Shown: positions 10,623 through 21,513, numbered from the stretch's first letter. The stretch: 64,000 nucleotides of DNA from an uncultured Clostridia bacterium (GCA_944387505.1 CALXFG010000004.1:3176-67175), one strand, 5' to 3'. The notes: generated by a model not told the origin, from the sequence alone. A program made the numbers and translations.

Positions 10623-11399
10623 ATGTTAAATGTTTTTAAAAATTTATATAATTATCGAGAACTATTAAAAACAAATGTAAAAAAAGAAATTAGAGGAAAA
10701 TATAAAAATTCTTTTTTAGGAGTCATTTGGTCATTTTTAAATCCATTATTACAAATAGCAGTTTATGCGATTGTATTCCAGATGATTTTAAAAAATCCAC
10801 AAGAAAACTATGTTGTTTTCTTGTGCTGTGGATTAATACCATGGACATTTTTTTCAACTTCTATTTCAAGATCAGCATTTACGATGATAGAAAATGGGAA
10901 TATTCTAAAAAAGGTATATTTTCCAAGAGAAATATTACCAATTTCCGTTGTTACCAGTGAAGCAGTAAATTTCTTAATTTCTACTATTATCATATTTGCA
11001 TTTGTTATTTTTAGTGGAATTGGTATCACAAAATATATTTTAGTATATCCACTAATATTTATTGCACAATACTTATTATTATTAGCAATATCTTTTATTG
11101 TTTCTAGTGTGTGTGTATATGTAAGAGATTTACAACATTTTATAGGTATATTCTTACAATTATTATTTTATGCAACACCAATTGTATATTCAGTAGAAAC
11201 ATTACCACCAGAAGCAGCTTGGATATTAAAATTAAATCCAATGACATATATTATTGAAGGATATCGTGACATTTTTTATAACCAAACAATGCCAGATATT
11301 CAAAGTATTTTGATTTTAATTGCCATTGTTTTAGTCGCAATTGTTATTGGATATTTAATATTTAATAAATTGCAAAAAGGATTTGCTGAAGAACTATAA
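10623..11399 (+). CDS. Polysaccharide export ABC permease (Wzm/TagG family)
   Basis: KYKNSFLGVIWSFLNP, FYATPIVY, LNPM; about six TMs. Confidence 0.93.
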   Translation: MLNVFKNLYNYRELLKTNVKKEIRGKYKNSFLGVIWSFLNPLLQIAVYAIVFQMILKNPQENYVVFLCCGLIPWTFFSTSISRSAFTMIENGNILKKVYFPREILPISVVTSEAVNFLISTIIIFAFVIFSGIGITKYILVYPLIFIAQYLLLLAISFIVSSVCVYVRDLQHFIGIFLQLLFYATPIVYSVETLPPEAAWILKLNPMTYIIEGYRDIFYNQTMPDIQSILILIAIVLVAIVIGYLIFNKLQKGFAEEL

Positions 11400-11414
11400 T
11401 AAGTGGAGAAAAGA

Positions 11415-14015
11415 ATGGAAAAAGCACAATTGAAAAGAACCTTGAAACTAAGTGTGATAACGTTTATCATATCATCTATTAGTATGGGGATGATATATGC
11501 CCTAACAGGAATGTATCCATTTGGCGATAAGACAATTCTAACAATGGATATGTCAGGGCAATATATCAATTACTTGGCATATTTTAGAAATATATTTTTT
11601 GACAATGCAAGTATATTTTATGATTTTTCTATGAATTTGGGAAGTAATGCATATGGACTATTTGCTTATTATATTTCTAGTCCTCTAAATATTATTTTAT
11701 GTTTTTTTAAACAAGAACATATAATAGAAGCCATACTATGTTTAAATATTATAAAGATAGGCCTTGCAGGAACAACAATGGCCATATACTTGTTAAAAGT
11801 AACCAAATTAAAAAACTATCAAATTATTGCATTATCAGTCATGTATGCTTTAATGAGTTATAACATCATATATTCACAAAATATTATGTGGTTAGATGGT
11901 GTGATATATTTACCACTGGTTATGTTAGGATTAGAAAAAATTATTAAGGAACAAAAATATAATGTGTATTTGATATTTTTGTCATTAGCTATTTTTTCTA
12001 ATTTTTATATTGGCTATATGATAGGTGTATTTGGGGTATTATATTTCATTGCAAATTTAGTCATAAAAACTGAAAGCACAAACAAAAAAGACTATTGGAA
12101 ACAATTTAGAAAAGTATTTTTTATATATTGTAAAGCAAGCATTTTTGCAATTTTAATTACCGCTATATTACTATTGCCAGTAGGAATCAATTTAATCAAC
12201 AGTAAAGCAGATATTCAAGCAAGTAATTTTGAAATAGATACTTACTTTAATCCATTAGATGCTCTTTCCAAAATTACGATAGGTGCGTTTTCACGAGATG
12301 AATTGGTATTTGGTCCACCGAATATTTATTGTGGATCTTTGAGTTTATTATTATGTTTTACATATTTTTTAAACAAGAATATTAAGCAGAAAGAAAAAAT
12401 CGTAAACTTTATTTTGATGGCTATTATCATATTGGCATTTGTATTGGTTCCTTTGAATTTAGTATTCCATATGCTACAAAGTCCTGTATGGTTTCCTTTT
12501 AGATATTCGTTTGTATTTAGTTTTCTTATGATTGTTTTAGCTAGTAAAAATATGGAAAAGGGAATAGAGTTAAAAATATTATGGATAGGACAAATTGTAT
12601 TAAGTATCATCATAGCCTTATTTGGAAAGTTATATCCAGAATATATTACCAATAACAATGTTGTCATTACGATTTTATGTTTGTTTATATTAGGCCAACT
12701 TTATTTTTATGTAAATAGTAAGAAGGATAAAATAAAAAAGATATTCAAAATAGCATTAATCATATTTGTTTGCCTGGAAATGATTATAAATGGATATCAG
12801 ATTACAAATCAAATCAGTTATGTAAAAAGAGAAAAATTTGTAAATTCATATAATAAAGTAAATGATATCATTCAAAAATATAAATCTCAAGAAAATGATT
12901 TTTATCGTATAAATAGTGAAGAATATAGAAGTATTAATGATTCTATGTTATATCACTATAATGGATTTGGACATTATAGTTCTACTTCAGGAAAGGCGAA
13001 TAAAGACTTTTTAACAGACTTTGGAATCAGACAAAATTTAATAACAGAAAACGCTAGTAAAGTGACTTTACCAATGAATTCATTATTAGGAATCAAATAT
13101 ACAATTCTTCGAGAAGATAGGGTGGAAGATCAAAATTATGAAACATATGAAGAAATAGAAAATAATGGACAAGTAAAATTGTTGAAAAACCCATATGCCT
13201 TATCAATAGGATTTATGGTAAATGAGCAAGCAAAATATATAGAATTAGAAGACAATAAGCCTTTAGAAAATCAAAATCATTTATTGAAAGGAATTACTGG
13301 CATTCAAGAAGATGCATTTTCAAATGTACCAAAAGAAGAAGTCAGCACCATAAAAGAAGATGAAAATGGCATAACAATAGAAATCCAAAACGAAAATGAA
13401 AAAGAATATTATATTGTTTATCAACTTGTCAATGGTTCAACAAAAGGTGTTACCATTTATGTAGATGGAAAGAGTTATGTATCTGCTTCAGAAGTTAATG
13501 CAGAAGCAAGTAATGTAGTGTATATTCCAAAAGAAACAAAGAATACAATAATAAAAATAGACAAAGAATCATTTAAAGGATTTAATTGGGAGTGTTATGA
13601 ATTTCATCCTAAAGTATGGGGAAAAATGTATGACAAATTAAAAACAACACAGTTAGACATAGAAGAAAATAAGAGTCATTATCTAAAAGGAACGATTCAA
13701 GTAGAAGAATCAGGATTGCTTTTAACATCTATTATCAATGATAAGGGGTGGACAGTAAAAATAGATGGTAAAAGTGTAGAAAAACAAATAATTGCAGAAA
13801 ATTTAATTGGAATTGATATTGAAAAAGGAGAACACACAATTGAATTTGTTTATTGTCCAGAAGGTTTCTATATAGGTATGATCATCACTTTAATAGGAAT
13901 AGGGCTTGTAGTGTGTGACAAAGTATTTTTCCAAAATAGGAAATTTTCTAATTTCTTATTAATCTCAAATCATGTTTATTTAAGAAAGGAAAAAAATAGA
14001 GATGGAAAAGTTTAA
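11415..14015 (+). CDS. YfhO-family GT-C integral membrane glycosyltransferase
   Basis: YPFG...DM..QY, YY.SSP.N, MWLDGV..LPL, NFYIGYM and C-terminal GW...IDGK...GEH.IEF.Y.P motifs. Start 11415 follows GGAG. Confidence 0.88.
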   Translation: MEKAQLKRTLKLSVITFIISSISMGMIYALTGMYPFGDKTILTMDMSGQYINYLAYFRNIFFDNASIFYDFSMNLGSNAYGLFAYYISSPLNIILCFFKQEHIIEAILCLNIIKIGLAGTTMAIYLLKVTKLKNYQIIALSVMYALMSYNIIYSQNIMWLDGVIYLPLVMLGLEKIIKEQKYNVYLIFLSLAIFSNFYIGYMIGVFGVLYFIANLVIKTESTNKKDYWKQFRKVFFIYCKASIFAILITAILLLPVGINLINSKADIQASNFEIDTYFNPLDALSKITIGAFSRDELVFGPPNIYCGSLSLLLCFTYFLNKNIKQKEKIVNFILMAIIILAFVLVPLNLVFHMLQSPVWFPFRYSFVFSFLMIVLASKNMEKGIELKILWIGQIVLSIIIALFGKLYPEYITNNNVVITILCLFILGQLYFYVNSKKDKIKKIFKIALIIFVCLEMIINGYQITNQISYVKREKFVNSYNKVNDIIQKYKSQENDFYRINSEEYRSINDSMLYHYNGFGHYSSTSGKANKDFLTDFGIRQNLITENASKVTLPMNSLLGIKYTILREDRVEDQNYETYEEIENNGQVKLLKNPYALSIGFMVNEQAKYIELEDNKPLENQNHLLKGITGIQEDAFSNVPKEEVSTIKEDENGITIEIQNENEKEYYIVYQLVNGSTKGVTIYVDGKSYVSASEVNAEASNVVYIPKETKNTIIKIDKESFKGFNWECYEFHPKVWGKMYDKLKTTQLDIEENKSHYLKGTIQVEESGLLLTSIINDKGWTVKIDGKSVEKQIIAENLIGIDIEKGEHTIEFVYCPEGFYIGMIITLIGIGLVVCDKVFFQNRKFSNFLLISNHVYLRKEKNRDGKV

Positions 14016-15483
14016 AGAAAAAACAAAAGAAATCATAACAGATAAAAATTTATATATGTTTACAATAATAACCATTGTATTTTTTGGAGCACTTTGTAAA
14101 TTACAATATGCTCCAGATACATACAGTGTTTTTACAAATGACTTAATGCATAGTGTAAAACACTTTTTATCTTGCGGAAGAGTTGTAACAGCTATTGCGA
14201 CATATATAGTCATGGGAATATTAAAATTAAGTAATGAATGGACATATATCTTGTCATATGTATTTGCCATGATTTGCATGATAACTGCATTGTATAGATT
14301 AAACAAATTAATACAAAAAGATATAAAAAATCATATAGTAAGTGCTATCATTGCTACTTTAATGTTAATCAATCCATTTTCTTTGGAATTATTTTTGTAC
14401 ATAGAAAAAGGAATCATGGTTTTATCTGTTCTATTATGTGTATTAGCCGTAGAACAAATGGATAAATTTTTCCAAGGAAAAAAGAAATCCATTATATGGG
14501 CAGGAATTTTAATGATAATTGCAAATTGTTGCTATCAAGGAACTGTTGGATTATTTGTTGCTATATCATTAATCTATATCATAAAATATTCAAAAAATAT
14601 AAAAGAATTCATTGTAAATAATGTCATTGTTGCATTAACATATGGAATCCCAGCTCTATTGAATTTCTTATTAGTACGATTTTGCTTTACAAATACGAGA
14701 GTAAATGGAGAGATGATTTTTTCAGAATCATTTGCAAAGGTCATGGATGGAACTAGAAGAATGCTGGTAGATAGCTATGATTTATTACCTAAATATTTAT
14801 TTTTAGCAATAGGTATTATATTACTAGGAATTATCATTTATAAAGCCATAAGAGAAAACATTAGCATAAAAGAAAAAACATTAAAAATATTAGGGGCGCT
14901 TTACTTAATTGCAGGTACATTATTTGCAACAGTAGTACCACAAATGTTACAAGATACAAATTCAATATGGTTTGTTGCTAGAAGCTCATATCCAATGGCA
15001 GCTATTATTGGAATTTTAGGGTTGTATTTATTCTCAAAATTTGATATAAAAGAGGTAGTAAAAGATATAGTGATTTGCATACTTATTGTATTTTTATTAG
15101 TACAATATGTATATTTTATGGATTATACAAGAGACAATTATATTGGAAATTATATGGATAAACAAATCACTTTAGAAATTAATCAAAAAATATTGAACTA
15201 TGAAGAAAAAACCGGAAATACAGTAGATACAATTGCAATTTACAGAGATAAAACACCACAATATGTATATCCAGAATTAAGAGCATCAGGAGATATCAAT
15301 ATTAAGGCATATTCTGCTGATTGGTGTGTGAGTAGAATATTAAAATTGTATACAGGTAGAGAATTTAATATTATAGAAGGTAATCAAGAAATAAAGGAAC
15401 AATTTGAACAGAAATCATGGGATCATTTTTCTGAAGAACAAATTATTTTTGAAAATAATGTTATGCATTTATGTGTTTTTTAA
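14002..15483 (+). CDS. GtrII-like (Glucos_trans_II) GT-C membrane glycosyltransferase
   Basis: Multi-TM with PD..., GR, YQ and RS motifs; located in the polysaccharide locus. Confidence 0.65.
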   Translation: MEKFKEKTKEIITDKNLYMFTIITIVFFGALCKLQYAPDTYSVFTNDLMHSVKHFLSCGRVVTAIATYIVMGILKLSNEWTYILSYVFAMICMITALYRLNKLIQKDIKNHIVSAIIATLMLINPFSLELFLYIEKGIMVLSVLLCVLAVEQMDKFFQGKKKSIIWAGILMIIANCCYQGTVGLFVAISLIYIIKYSKNIKEFIVNNVIVALTYGIPALLNFLLVRFCFTNTRVNGEMIFSESFAKVMDGTRRMLVDSYDLLPKYLFLAIGIILLGIIIYKAIRENISIKEKTLKILGALYLIAGTLFATVVPQMLQDTNSIWFVARSSYPMAAIIGILGLYLFSKFDIKEVVKDIVICILIVFLLVQYVYFMDYTRDNYIGNYMDKQITLEINQKILNYEEKTGNTVDTIAIYRDKTPQYVYPELRASGDINIKAYSADWCVSRILKLYTGREFNIIEGNQEIKEQFEQKSWDHFSEEQIIFENNVMHLCVF

Positions 15484-15582
15484 ATTTAGAAATCACATTT
15501 TTAACTTTAAAAGCAACATTGAAAAAACAAAGAGAGACTTTTGTTAATTTATATAGAATTTATGGGAATATAGGAGGAAAAA

Positions 15583-16281
15583 ATGAAAGCACTAGTAATC
15601 ATACCAGCATATAACGAAGAAGGAGCAATCGTAAATACTATAAACAATTTAAAATCAATTTGCCCTGATGTTGATTATGTCATCATAGATGATTGTTCAA
15701 AAGATAAGACTTTAGAAATAGCAAGACAAAACAATTTTCATGTTATACATTTACCGATTAATTTGGGAATAGGAGGAGCAGTTCAAACAGGTTATAAATA
15801 TGCATATGAAAATGATTATGATGTGGCAATTCAAATGGATGCAGATGGACAACATGATCCTAAGTATATACCAGAACTTATTAAAAAGGTTGAAGAAGGA
15901 AATGACTTGGTCATAGGCTCTAGATTTTTAGAAAAAGAAGGGTTTCAATCTACATTTATTAGAAGAATGGGAATTGTGCTTTATTCTAAAATTATAAAAA
16001 TATTTACAAAAAAAGAAATAAAAGATACAACATCAGGTTATCGAGCAGCAAGTAAAAAAGTAATAAGTATATTTGCAAAAAATTATCCAGTTGACTATCC
16101 AGAACCAGAAACAAATGCTTTTATAGCAAAAAATGATTTTAAAATCATAGAAATTCCAATGAAGATGAAAGAAAGAGATAGCGGATCATCTTCAATTACA
16201 CCAATAAAATCTATATATTATGCTGTAAAAGTAGGACTAGCAGTTGTATTGGCATGTATTTTTAAGAATCGAGAAATATAA
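15583..16281 (+). CDS. GT2 undecaprenyl-phosphate sugar synthase (DPM1/GacI-like)
   Basis: IIPAYNEE, NLGIGGAVQTG, DADGQH, DTTSGYRA, DYPEPE. Confidence 0.9.
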   Translation: MKALVIIPAYNEEGAIVNTINNLKSICPDVDYVIIDDCSKDKTLEIARQNNFHVIHLPINLGIGGAVQTGYKYAYENDYDVAIQMDADGQHDPKYIPELIKKVEEGNDLVIGSRFLEKEGFQSTFIRRMGIVLYSKIIKIFTKKEIKDTTSGYRAASKKVISIFAKNYPVDYPEPETNAFIAKNDFKIIEIPMKMKERDSGSSSITPIKSIYYAVKVGLAVVLACIFKNREI

Positions 16282-16340
16282 TGCTTATATGTTACGGATA
16301 ATCAGAAATTAGATTATTAATCATTAGAGGAGGAAAAAAA

Positions 16341-16721
16341 ATGAATCGTGGATTACAGATAATCTTAATTGTAGCAACATTTTTCTTTTGTATATTTATT
16401 TTAACTGTTACACAAAAGAAAAAATTATCTTATCGATATACACTTTTATGGCTATGTTTTGGATTCATAACATTGCTTTGTGCTATTTTTCCGAATATTG
16501 TTATTTGGATTTCTAAAGTGTTACATATAGCAGAACCAACAAATGCTTTGTTTCTAATTTATCTATTTTTGATAATTGTTATTATATTTTATATTAGTTT
16601 GGCATTTTCAAAATTATTTGAAAAAGTTACGACCTTAATACAGGAAAATGCGATATTGTCAGCCAAGGTAGAAAAGTTAGAAAAAAAGATAAAGGAGGAA
16701 ACAAATGATGAAAATTCTTAG
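16341..16721 (+). CDS. DUF2304 family membrane protein (GacJ-like activator)
   Basis: Three TMs, Y.LLW, FP, C-terminal L.QE.A.L; follows the DPM1-like GT2. Confidence 0.82.
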   Translation: MNRGLQIILIVATFFFCIFILTVTQKKKLSYRYTLLWLCFGFITLLCAIFPNIVIWISKVLHIAEPTNALFLIYLFLIIVIIFYISLAFSKLFEKVTTLIQENAILSAKVEKLEKKIKEETNDENS

Positions 16722-17058
16722 TATTATCGTATATTTGGTTTTAACAGTAGGAGGACTTATTTTAGTAAAAGCAGGATCAAGTAATATTCAAATTGCTATA
16801 CAGGATGGGACATTTAATTTTTCTATGGGCTTAAAAGCAATGCTAGGCTTTATTGCATATATCGGTAGCTTTTTAATATATACTTTTTATATTATTAAAA
16901 ATTTTGACTTGAGTTATATATATCCAATTATTACAGCCATTACACAAATTTTAATTATATTAGCTGGTGTATTTATTTTTAAGGAACATCTAAATGCTTA
17001 TGCAATTGGTGGAATTGTATTAATTATTATTGGAGTTATCTTACTAAATATAAAGTAA
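16705..17058 (+). CDS. Small 4-TM SMR/EamA-like protein, putative Und-P-sugar flippase
   Basis: DLSYIYP, FKE, GI.LIIIGV motifs (ArnE/F-like). Confidence 0.7.
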   Translation: MMKILSIIVYLVLTVGGLILVKAGSSNIQIAIQDGTFNFSMGLKAMLGFIAYIGSFLIYTFYIIKNFDLSYIYPIITAITQILIILAGVFIFKEHLNAYAIGGIVLIIIGVILLNIK

Positions 17059-17101
17059 ATACGTAAGAAAATATAAACGAAGGTAAAAGGAAGATAAAAA
17101 G

Positions 17102-19078
17102 ATGAAAATAGATTTTAAAAAAGATTGGAAATTTTATGGTATTTTAACAATAGCCATTTTGATAATTATTTTAATAGCGAATTATTCACTAAAAATAGAA
17201 GAAAAACTTTATACATCAGGAGACATACAACTGGAAACGGGAACATTGGAAGAGGTGACAACAGGAACTGAAATTGTACAAACTTTTGTTGCAGTTGCTA
17301 ATAACTTAGAAAAAGTAAAAATAGATTTCGAACCATATAAAGAGGATGTAAATTGTGGTGGAAAAGTAACAGTAGGAATAAAAGATGCTGATGGAAATGT
17401 GATAGAAGAAAAAGAGATTTTACGTAATTATGTAAGAGAAACATCACAATATACTTTGGAATTTGAAAAACAAAAGGATTCAAAAGATAAAGAATATCAA
17501 ATCTTTATAAGATTTAATGATCTTGAAGGAGCCAATAGATTTTATAGTGTAAAATATACAGATAAAAATGAATTTCAAAAAAATCATTTAACTGTAAATG
17601 GCGAAGAAATGCAAGGAGCTTCAATCATTTTTCAAGATTTATATAAAAGTGATATTAGAACAGTTATATATTCCGTTGTTCTAAGTGTGTTTATATTAGG
17701 AGTTTATATTGTATCAAGTATTATTTATTATAAAAAAGGAATGAGGATTGAAAATATCTTTTTAATGATAGCACCGCTTGCATGTGTATTCTTTTTAGTA
17801 ACAATGCCAACATTTAAAAATCATGATGAATATTATCATTGGTTAAAAGCATATGAGGTATCACAAGGAACACTAATGACTCCACAAGAAGATGGAGTAC
17901 AAGGCTCTATGATGCCAGAAGGTGTATCAAAGGTATTTCCAACTAATTGGACAGCAATAGATTATCAAACAATGAAACAACTTTTAAGTGTAAAACTAAA
18001 TGAAGATAATAAGGGAATCTTAAATCCAGAAACAGCAGCTGTATATTCTTTTGTACAATATATACCACAAGCAACAGGTATAGCTTTAGCAAGATTAGTG
18101 ACAGATAATGTATATTTGATAACATATGGCGGAAGGATCGTTAATATGATATTTGCATTATTGGTATTGTATTTTGCAATAAAACTTATGCCGTTTGGAA
18201 AAAAATTGTTATTAATACCAGCTATGATACCAATTGCGATAGAAGGATTTACATCTTTATCTCCTGATGCTATGACAATTTCTGTAGCATTTTTCTATAT
18301 TGCTTATATATTACATTTAGCCTTTGAAAAAAAAGAACAACTGGGGATTAAAGAAAAAGGAATTCTACTCATTTCATCTATTGTTATTGCATTATGTAAG
18401 ATTGTATATATACCATTAGTTGGATTAATTTTGATTATTCCAAAAGAGAAATTCAAAAATGCAGGAAATAAAAATAAAATATTAAACTTCTGTGTGATAG
18501 CAGGAATTGCGGTAATGATAAATCTAATTTGGTTAGCAATATCTAGTAGATATTTATCTACATTTAGAGAAGGAGATTCAAAAATTCAAGTACTGCTAGC
18601 ATTACAAAATCCGATTTTATACATACAAAATGTGTTATATACATTCAACCTTAATGGTAGTAATTATCTACTATCCTTATTTGGAGCAGATTTAGGATGG
18701 GGCGAGTTAATTAAACTATATTCTATTGTGCCATATGCATTTTTAGGAATTTATCTATTTACAGCAATTACAGATAATGAATTGAAAGACAAATTAAAAA
18801 AATATCAAATTGTTTGGATATCATTAGTCATATTAGCAATTGTAGGACTAATATTTACAAGTTTATATGTACAATGGACAACAGTGGGACAAACAAGTAT
18901 AGCAGGTATACAAGGTAGATATTTCTTACCAATATTGCCATTGGTAATGTTATTATTGGGAAGTGTTGTAAAAGTAAAATCTTTATATAACGAGGAAAAA
19001 GTTACGAAGTTTGTTGCAATATCTATTTTGGTATTACAAATATTTACAATTTCTCAGATTTTAGTAGAACATTTGTAA
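17102..19078 (+). CDS. DUF2142 family GT-C glycosyltransferase (GacL-like) with N-terminal extracellular domain
   Basis: P....DE..H...AY, YIPQA.GI, SPDA, K.VY and GIQGRYFLP motifs. Confidence 0.82.
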   Translation: MKIDFKKDWKFYGILTIAILIIILIANYSLKIEEKLYTSGDIQLETGTLEEVTTGTEIVQTFVAVANNLEKVKIDFEPYKEDVNCGGKVTVGIKDADGNVIEEKEILRNYVRETSQYTLEFEKQKDSKDKEYQIFIRFNDLEGANRFYSVKYTDKNEFQKNHLTVNGEEMQGASIIFQDLYKSDIRTVIYSVVLSVFILGVYIVSSIIYYKKGMRIENIFLMIAPLACVFFLVTMPTFKNHDEYYHWLKAYEVSQGTLMTPQEDGVQGSMMPEGVSKVFPTNWTAIDYQTMKQLLSVKLNEDNKGILNPETAAVYSFVQYIPQATGIALARLVTDNVYLITYGGRIVNMIFALLVLYFAIKLMPFGKKLLLIPAMIPIAIEGFTSLSPDAMTISVAFFYIAYILHLAFEKKEQLGIKEKGILLISSIVIALCKIVYIPLVGLILIIPKEKFKNAGNKNKILNFCVIAGIAVMINLIWLAISSRYLSTFREGDSKIQVLLALQNPILYIQNVLYTFNLNGSNYLLSLFGADLGWGELIKLYSIVPYAFLGIYLFTAITDNELKDKLKKYQIVWISLVILAIVGLIFTSLYVQWTTVGQTSIAGIQGRYFLPILPLVMLLLGSVVKVKSLYNEEKVTKFVAISILVLQIFTISQILVEHL

Positions 19079-19084
19079 TAGAAG

Positions 19085-19122
19085 AGCGGAAAACTATGAA
19101 AGTTTTCCGCTTTAGCTTTTTT
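19085..19122 (+). terminator. Intrinsic terminator after the DUF2142 gene
   Basis: AGCGGAAAACT-ATGAA-AGTTTTCCGCT followed by T-rich tract. Confidence 0.8.
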
Positions 19123-19248
19123 ATTGTATAGGAAGTACTTTTTCTTCGCACACAAATTTTACTAACGTAAAATTTGGCGCCGAACAATGACGCGGGCTTT
19201 GAAATGTGTTATGAACAGAAAAATGTTAAAAAAGCCCCCTATTGTTCC

Positions 19249-19277
19249 TTGAAAAAAAAACAATATAATGATAAGAT
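19249..19277 (+). promoter_or_regulatory. sigmaA-type promoter for the GT4/GT2 operon, with an A9 run
   Basis: TTGAAA-17 nt-TAAGAT with TGn extension. Confidence 0.5.
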
Positions 19278-19316
19278 AATAAAGAAAAAATAATGTCTAA
19301 ATAGAGGAGAAAATGA

Positions 19317-20411
19317 ATGAAAAAACTTTTTTTTGCAACACATAACTTAGACTTAGGCGGAATAGAAACAGCGCTTGTTACATTAGTAAATGATTTATCA
19401 GAAAGAGGTTATGACATAACGATTGCATTAGAAAAAAGAGAAGGTGTGTTTTTAGACAGATTAAGTAACAAAATAAAAGTTGTAGAATACAACACCAATA
19501 ACAATAAAAATGTTATTTTGCGAAAGATATGTAATTTATTTAATAGAATAAAATTTATCATAAAATATAAAAACAAATTTGACTTTTCAGCAAGCTTTGC
19601 TACATATTCTTTAGCAAGTAGTTTTATGGCAAGAATAGCATCAAAAAATTCAGCATTATGGTGTCATGCAGATTATCTTAGTTTATATCATGGAGATAGA
19701 AAAAAGATGATTGCATTTTTTGAAAATTTACATTGCAGAGAATTTAAATATATCATATTTGTTTCAAATGAAGGAAAAAATCACTTTATAGAAAGTTTTC
19801 CAGATATGAAAGAAAAGGTTATTGTATGTAACAATATGATAAACGGAAAAAGACTTGAAGAAAAATCAAAAGAAGCTATTACAGAAGAAGTGGTATTAGA
19901 ATTAGCCAAAAAAGAAATTCCAGTTTTTCTAAATGTAGGAAGACATGATGAATTACAGAAAAAGTTAACAAGAATTATAGAAGCTGCCAAAAAATTAAAA
20001 GAAGATGGTTTTCTATTTAAAATTTTATTGGTTGGTGATGGACCAGATACGAAATTCTATAAAGATCTTGTTATAGAATATGGCTTGGAAGATACAATTC
20101 TCTTTTTGGGGAGAAAAAAGAATCCGTATCCTTATTTTGCAATTAGTGATTGTGTGATTCTATCTTCTGAATATGAGGGATATCCAGTTGTATATTTAGA
20201 AAGTTTTGTATTGCGTAAACCAATCATCACGACAAAAGTATCTGATTATGAACAAGTAGAAGACGGAAGAGGAATGGTTGTAGAAAAAGATACACAATCT
20301 ATATATAATGCAATGAAAGAATTTATACAAAATGGATATGAAATAAACAATTCATTTGATTATGAAACATATAATGAAAACATTGTAAAAACATTAGAAA
20401 CATTATTTTAA
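19317..20411 (+). CDS. GT4 glycosyltransferase
   Basis: GGIE, NVGR, GDGP, NPYPY, S.YEGYP.V.LE. Confidence 0.9.
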   Translation: MKKLFFATHNLDLGGIETALVTLVNDLSERGYDITIALEKREGVFLDRLSNKIKVVEYNTNNNKNVILRKICNLFNRIKFIIKYKNKFDFSASFATYSLASSFMARIASKNSALWCHADYLSLYHGDRKKMIAFFENLHCREFKYIIFVSNEGKNHFIESFPDMKEKVIVCNNMINGKRLEEKSKEAITEEVVLELAKKEIPVFLNVGRHDELQKKLTRIIEAAKKLKEDGFLFKILLVGDGPDTKFYKDLVIEYGLEDTILFLGRKKNPYPYFAISDCVILSSEYEGYPVVYLESFVLRKPIITTKVSDYEQVEDGRGMVVEKDTQSIYNAMKEFIQNGYEINNSFDYETYNENIVKTLETLF

Positions 20412-20419
20412 AATTCGGA

Positions 20420-20446
20420 CAATTGGGGACGTTTCTGTTTGGACAT
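20420..20446 (+). repeat. Single copy of the GGGGACGTTTCT (CGTC-tagged, REP-like) repeat
   Basis: CAATTGGGGACGTTTCTGTTTGG is identical to 38022-38044. Confidence 0.8.
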
Positions 20447-20478
20447 CTTCAATTAGAAACAATATTTTAAAAAGAAAG

Positions 20479-21453
20479 ATGGAGAGAATATTGAAAAAAT
20501 TAAGTGTCATTATTCCCGTATATAATGCGGAAAAAACATTAAAAAGATGTATGGAATCTGTTTTAAAACAAAAAGATGAAGATTTGGAAATTGTATTAAT
20601 TAATGATGGAAGTACAGATGCATCTGATAAAATTATACAAGAATATAAAGAAAAAAATCCAAAAATCATTTCTTATTACCAAAAGAAAAATACAGGGGTT
20701 GCTGATACAAGAAATTATGGAATTAAAAAAGCAAAAGGAACATATATCTTGTTTTTGGATGCAGATGATTATTTAGATATCCATTTGTATGGTTTGGTAA
20801 AACAATATATGGAAAAAGGTCTAGATTTAATTAAATTTAAATTACAAAGAGAAGATGAAAAAGGAAATGTCATAGAAACAGTTAGTGGACCTGTATTTGA
20901 AAATAAAACAGGAGAAGAAGGATTTGAAACACTATATTCAACAGATGTTTTATTAGATTCTCCTTGTGTGTATGTGATAAAAAAAGAGATATTTACAAAG
21001 AACAAATTAGAGTTTAAGGTCGGAACAGAACATGAGGATTTTGGATTAATGCCATTTGTGATTGTACTTGCCAAAACAATGATTTCTATTAATTTTTATG
21101 GATATCATTATGTACAAGTAAAAGGAAGCATTACAAGAAATGACAGTTATGAAAAAACAAAGAAAAAAGCAAATGATGCATTAAAACAATATGATGAAGC
21201 TTTATTAAAAATTGAGAGATATAAATTAAACAAAAAAATAGCAGAAACATTAAAAATTTATTATACAAATGCAATTTTATTAAAAATAGAAACGTTAGAG
21301 AAAAAAGATCAAAAGCAATATATAAAAGAAATTAAAAAAAGAAACATGACAAAAAATATTAAGGCGAAAGATACAAGACAATTATTTAGAAAAATAATTT
21401 TAAGTTTAAACATAAGATGGTATTTAAGTTTAAGAAAAAAACTTGGAAAATAA
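20479..21453 (+). CDS. GT2 glycosyltransferase
   Basis: SVIIPVYN, INDGSTD, FLDADD, HED. Confidence 0.9.
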   Translation: MERILKKLSVIIPVYNAEKTLKRCMESVLKQKDEDLEIVLINDGSTDASDKIIQEYKEKNPKIISYYQKKNTGVADTRNYGIKKAKGTYILFLDADDYLDIHLYGLVKQYMEKGLDLIKFKLQREDEKGNVIETVSGPVFENKTGEEGFETLYSTDVLLDSPCVYVIKKEIFTKNKLEFKVGTEHEDFGLMPFVIVLAKTMISINFYGYHYVQVKGSITRNDSYEKTKKKANDALKQYDEALLKIERYKLNKKIAETLKIYYTNAILLKIETLEKKDQKQYIKEIKKRNMTKNIKAKDTRQLFRKIILSLNIRWYLSLRKKLGK

Positions 21454-21504
21454 TTACAATTTTGGCGTCGCAAAATTTCATTATTTGTGCCTTAGAAAGG
21501 AATG
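21443..21504 (+). repeat. Internally deleted copy of the 125-nt hairpin family, with RBS tail
   Basis: GAAAATAATT..ATTTTGGCGT(C)G..AAATTTC joined to TTTGTGCCTTAGAAAGGAATG. Confidence 0.7.
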
Positions 21505-21513
21505 CGATAAATC

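Noticed and set aside
19175-19204. TGGCGCCGAACAATGACGCGGGCTTTGAA as the reverse complement of a tRNA 3' end or att site
   Set aside because: Spacing and T-arm do not fit, no cloverleaf, no integrase nearby.
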